NCBI GenBank assembly: GCA_043228905.1
Contig: JBHGNT010000010.1
Coordinates: 8,618,001 to 8,682,000 of the forward strand
From: Azolla caroliniana
Lineage: Eukaryota; Plantae; Polypodiophyta
Length of the DNA stretch: 64,000 nucleotides
Direction: 5' to 3'
This document shows positions 63,021 to 64,000 of the stretch, in pieces; positions within the stretch are counted from its first letter, which is position 1; each line of letters begins with the position of its first letter. A model generated the notes under the pieces. The model saw only the letters and a program-made list of their open reading frames with translations, was not told where the DNA came from and ran no database searches. A program made the translations under genes and the position numbers.

Positions 63021-63551
63021 AAAGGCAACAGACCCTTTTGAGAGAAACATTTGCATGCATTATTTGACAAGATGCGTACGCATGAAATAAACATATAAAC
63101 ATCCTGTTAATGTCGACAAGTATGGTCCTTTTAGGTGACAATATCGTCATTTTTCATGCTAATTCCATCTTGAGCGCAATGTTTAAGGGGGAGTCGGTGA
63201 GACTAAATATTCAACGTTAATCGAATTAATCAACTACACAACTAGAACGAAATATAATCCTAATCTCGACTTGATCGCGAAACTATAATGCACACTCACT
63301 CAAGATTTTTGTTTATTAACCCAAAATAGGTGGAAATATACACACTCACAAGTTGCAGGTATACATAAGTTGGGAGAGCGTGAGATTGAATATCTGAACA
63401 TCATTGTTCGATACACGTTCATGTTTAAGGGGGAGTGGATGAGACTAGATATCTAAACGTAAAGTTGATCTCTAATTAATCGCTCAACTTTAATCCACAG
63501 TTATTCAGCAATTTTGTTTGTGGACCATAGAGACAGTATTTGATGGAAGTG

Positions 63552-63559
63552 GCGGGGAT

Positions 63560-63601
<42 letters not shown>

Positions 63602-63623
63602 ATGTGTTCGATCCACCTTCACC
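63552..63623 (+). pseudogene. tRNA-Phe(GAA) pseudogene cut at the inversion junction
   Basis: TA insertion; 3' end joins the inverted spacer at CCC. Confidence 0.8.
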
Positions 63624-64000
63624 CTTAAACATGAATATGTATGGAACAATGATATTCATATATTCAATCTCACGCCCTCCCAACGGATCTATCCCTGCAA
63701 CTTGCGAGTGTCTATATTTCCACCTATTTTGTGTTAATAAACAAAAATCTCGAATGAGTGTGCATTAAAGTTTCACGAACAGGTAGAGATTAGTATTACG
63801 TTAAGTTGTGCTTGTGCAGTTGATTAATTCAATTAACATTGAATATCTAGTCTCATCGACTTGCCCTTAAACATTGCGCTCAAGATGCAATTAGCATGAA
63901 ACATGCCCATATTGTCACCCAAAGGACAAGACTTTTCAACATTAACAGGATGTTTATATGTTCATTTCAGTCATAGATTTCATGTCAAATAATTCATTCA

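Larger units (their letters stand above)
62111..64000. repeat. tRNA-Phe array, right block (604-bp units); inverted from ~63622
   Basis: tRNA starts at 62344, 62948 and 63552; 63622-64000 is the reverse complement of the spacer. Confidence 0.92.

Overview
Eukaryotic, land-plant-type heterochromatic DNA with no host protein gene. A bryophyte such as Physcomitrium is my inference from composition and transposon types; this is not verified. The backbone is a tandem array of tRNA-Phe(GAA) genes and pseudogenes (unit ~564 or ~605 bp; ~24 copies at 2.85-27.16 kb and 62.1-64 kb, ending in an inversion), and every unit also carries a second, decayed tRNA-Phe 'ghost'. The array is interrupted by (i) a Gypsy element inserted in a tRNA T-arm (6000-12197, TSD ACGT), (ii) an apparently endonuclease-less Penelope-like retroelement with hammerhead-ribozyme pseudo-LTRs (22140-26662, plus a solo pLTR at 17444), and (iii) a ~35 kb nest of Gypsy, Copia and solo LTRs (27161-62110). 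The strongest leads are the EN-less, ribozyme-bearing Penelope-like element in a tRNA array; antisense tRNA-like Pol III cassettes in the U3 of four different LTR families; a tRNA-Arg PBS-like motif sitting where the polypurine tract should be; and a slippery site plus pseudoknot between protease and RT in two Gypsy families. All coordinates were counted by hand and may be off by a few bases.
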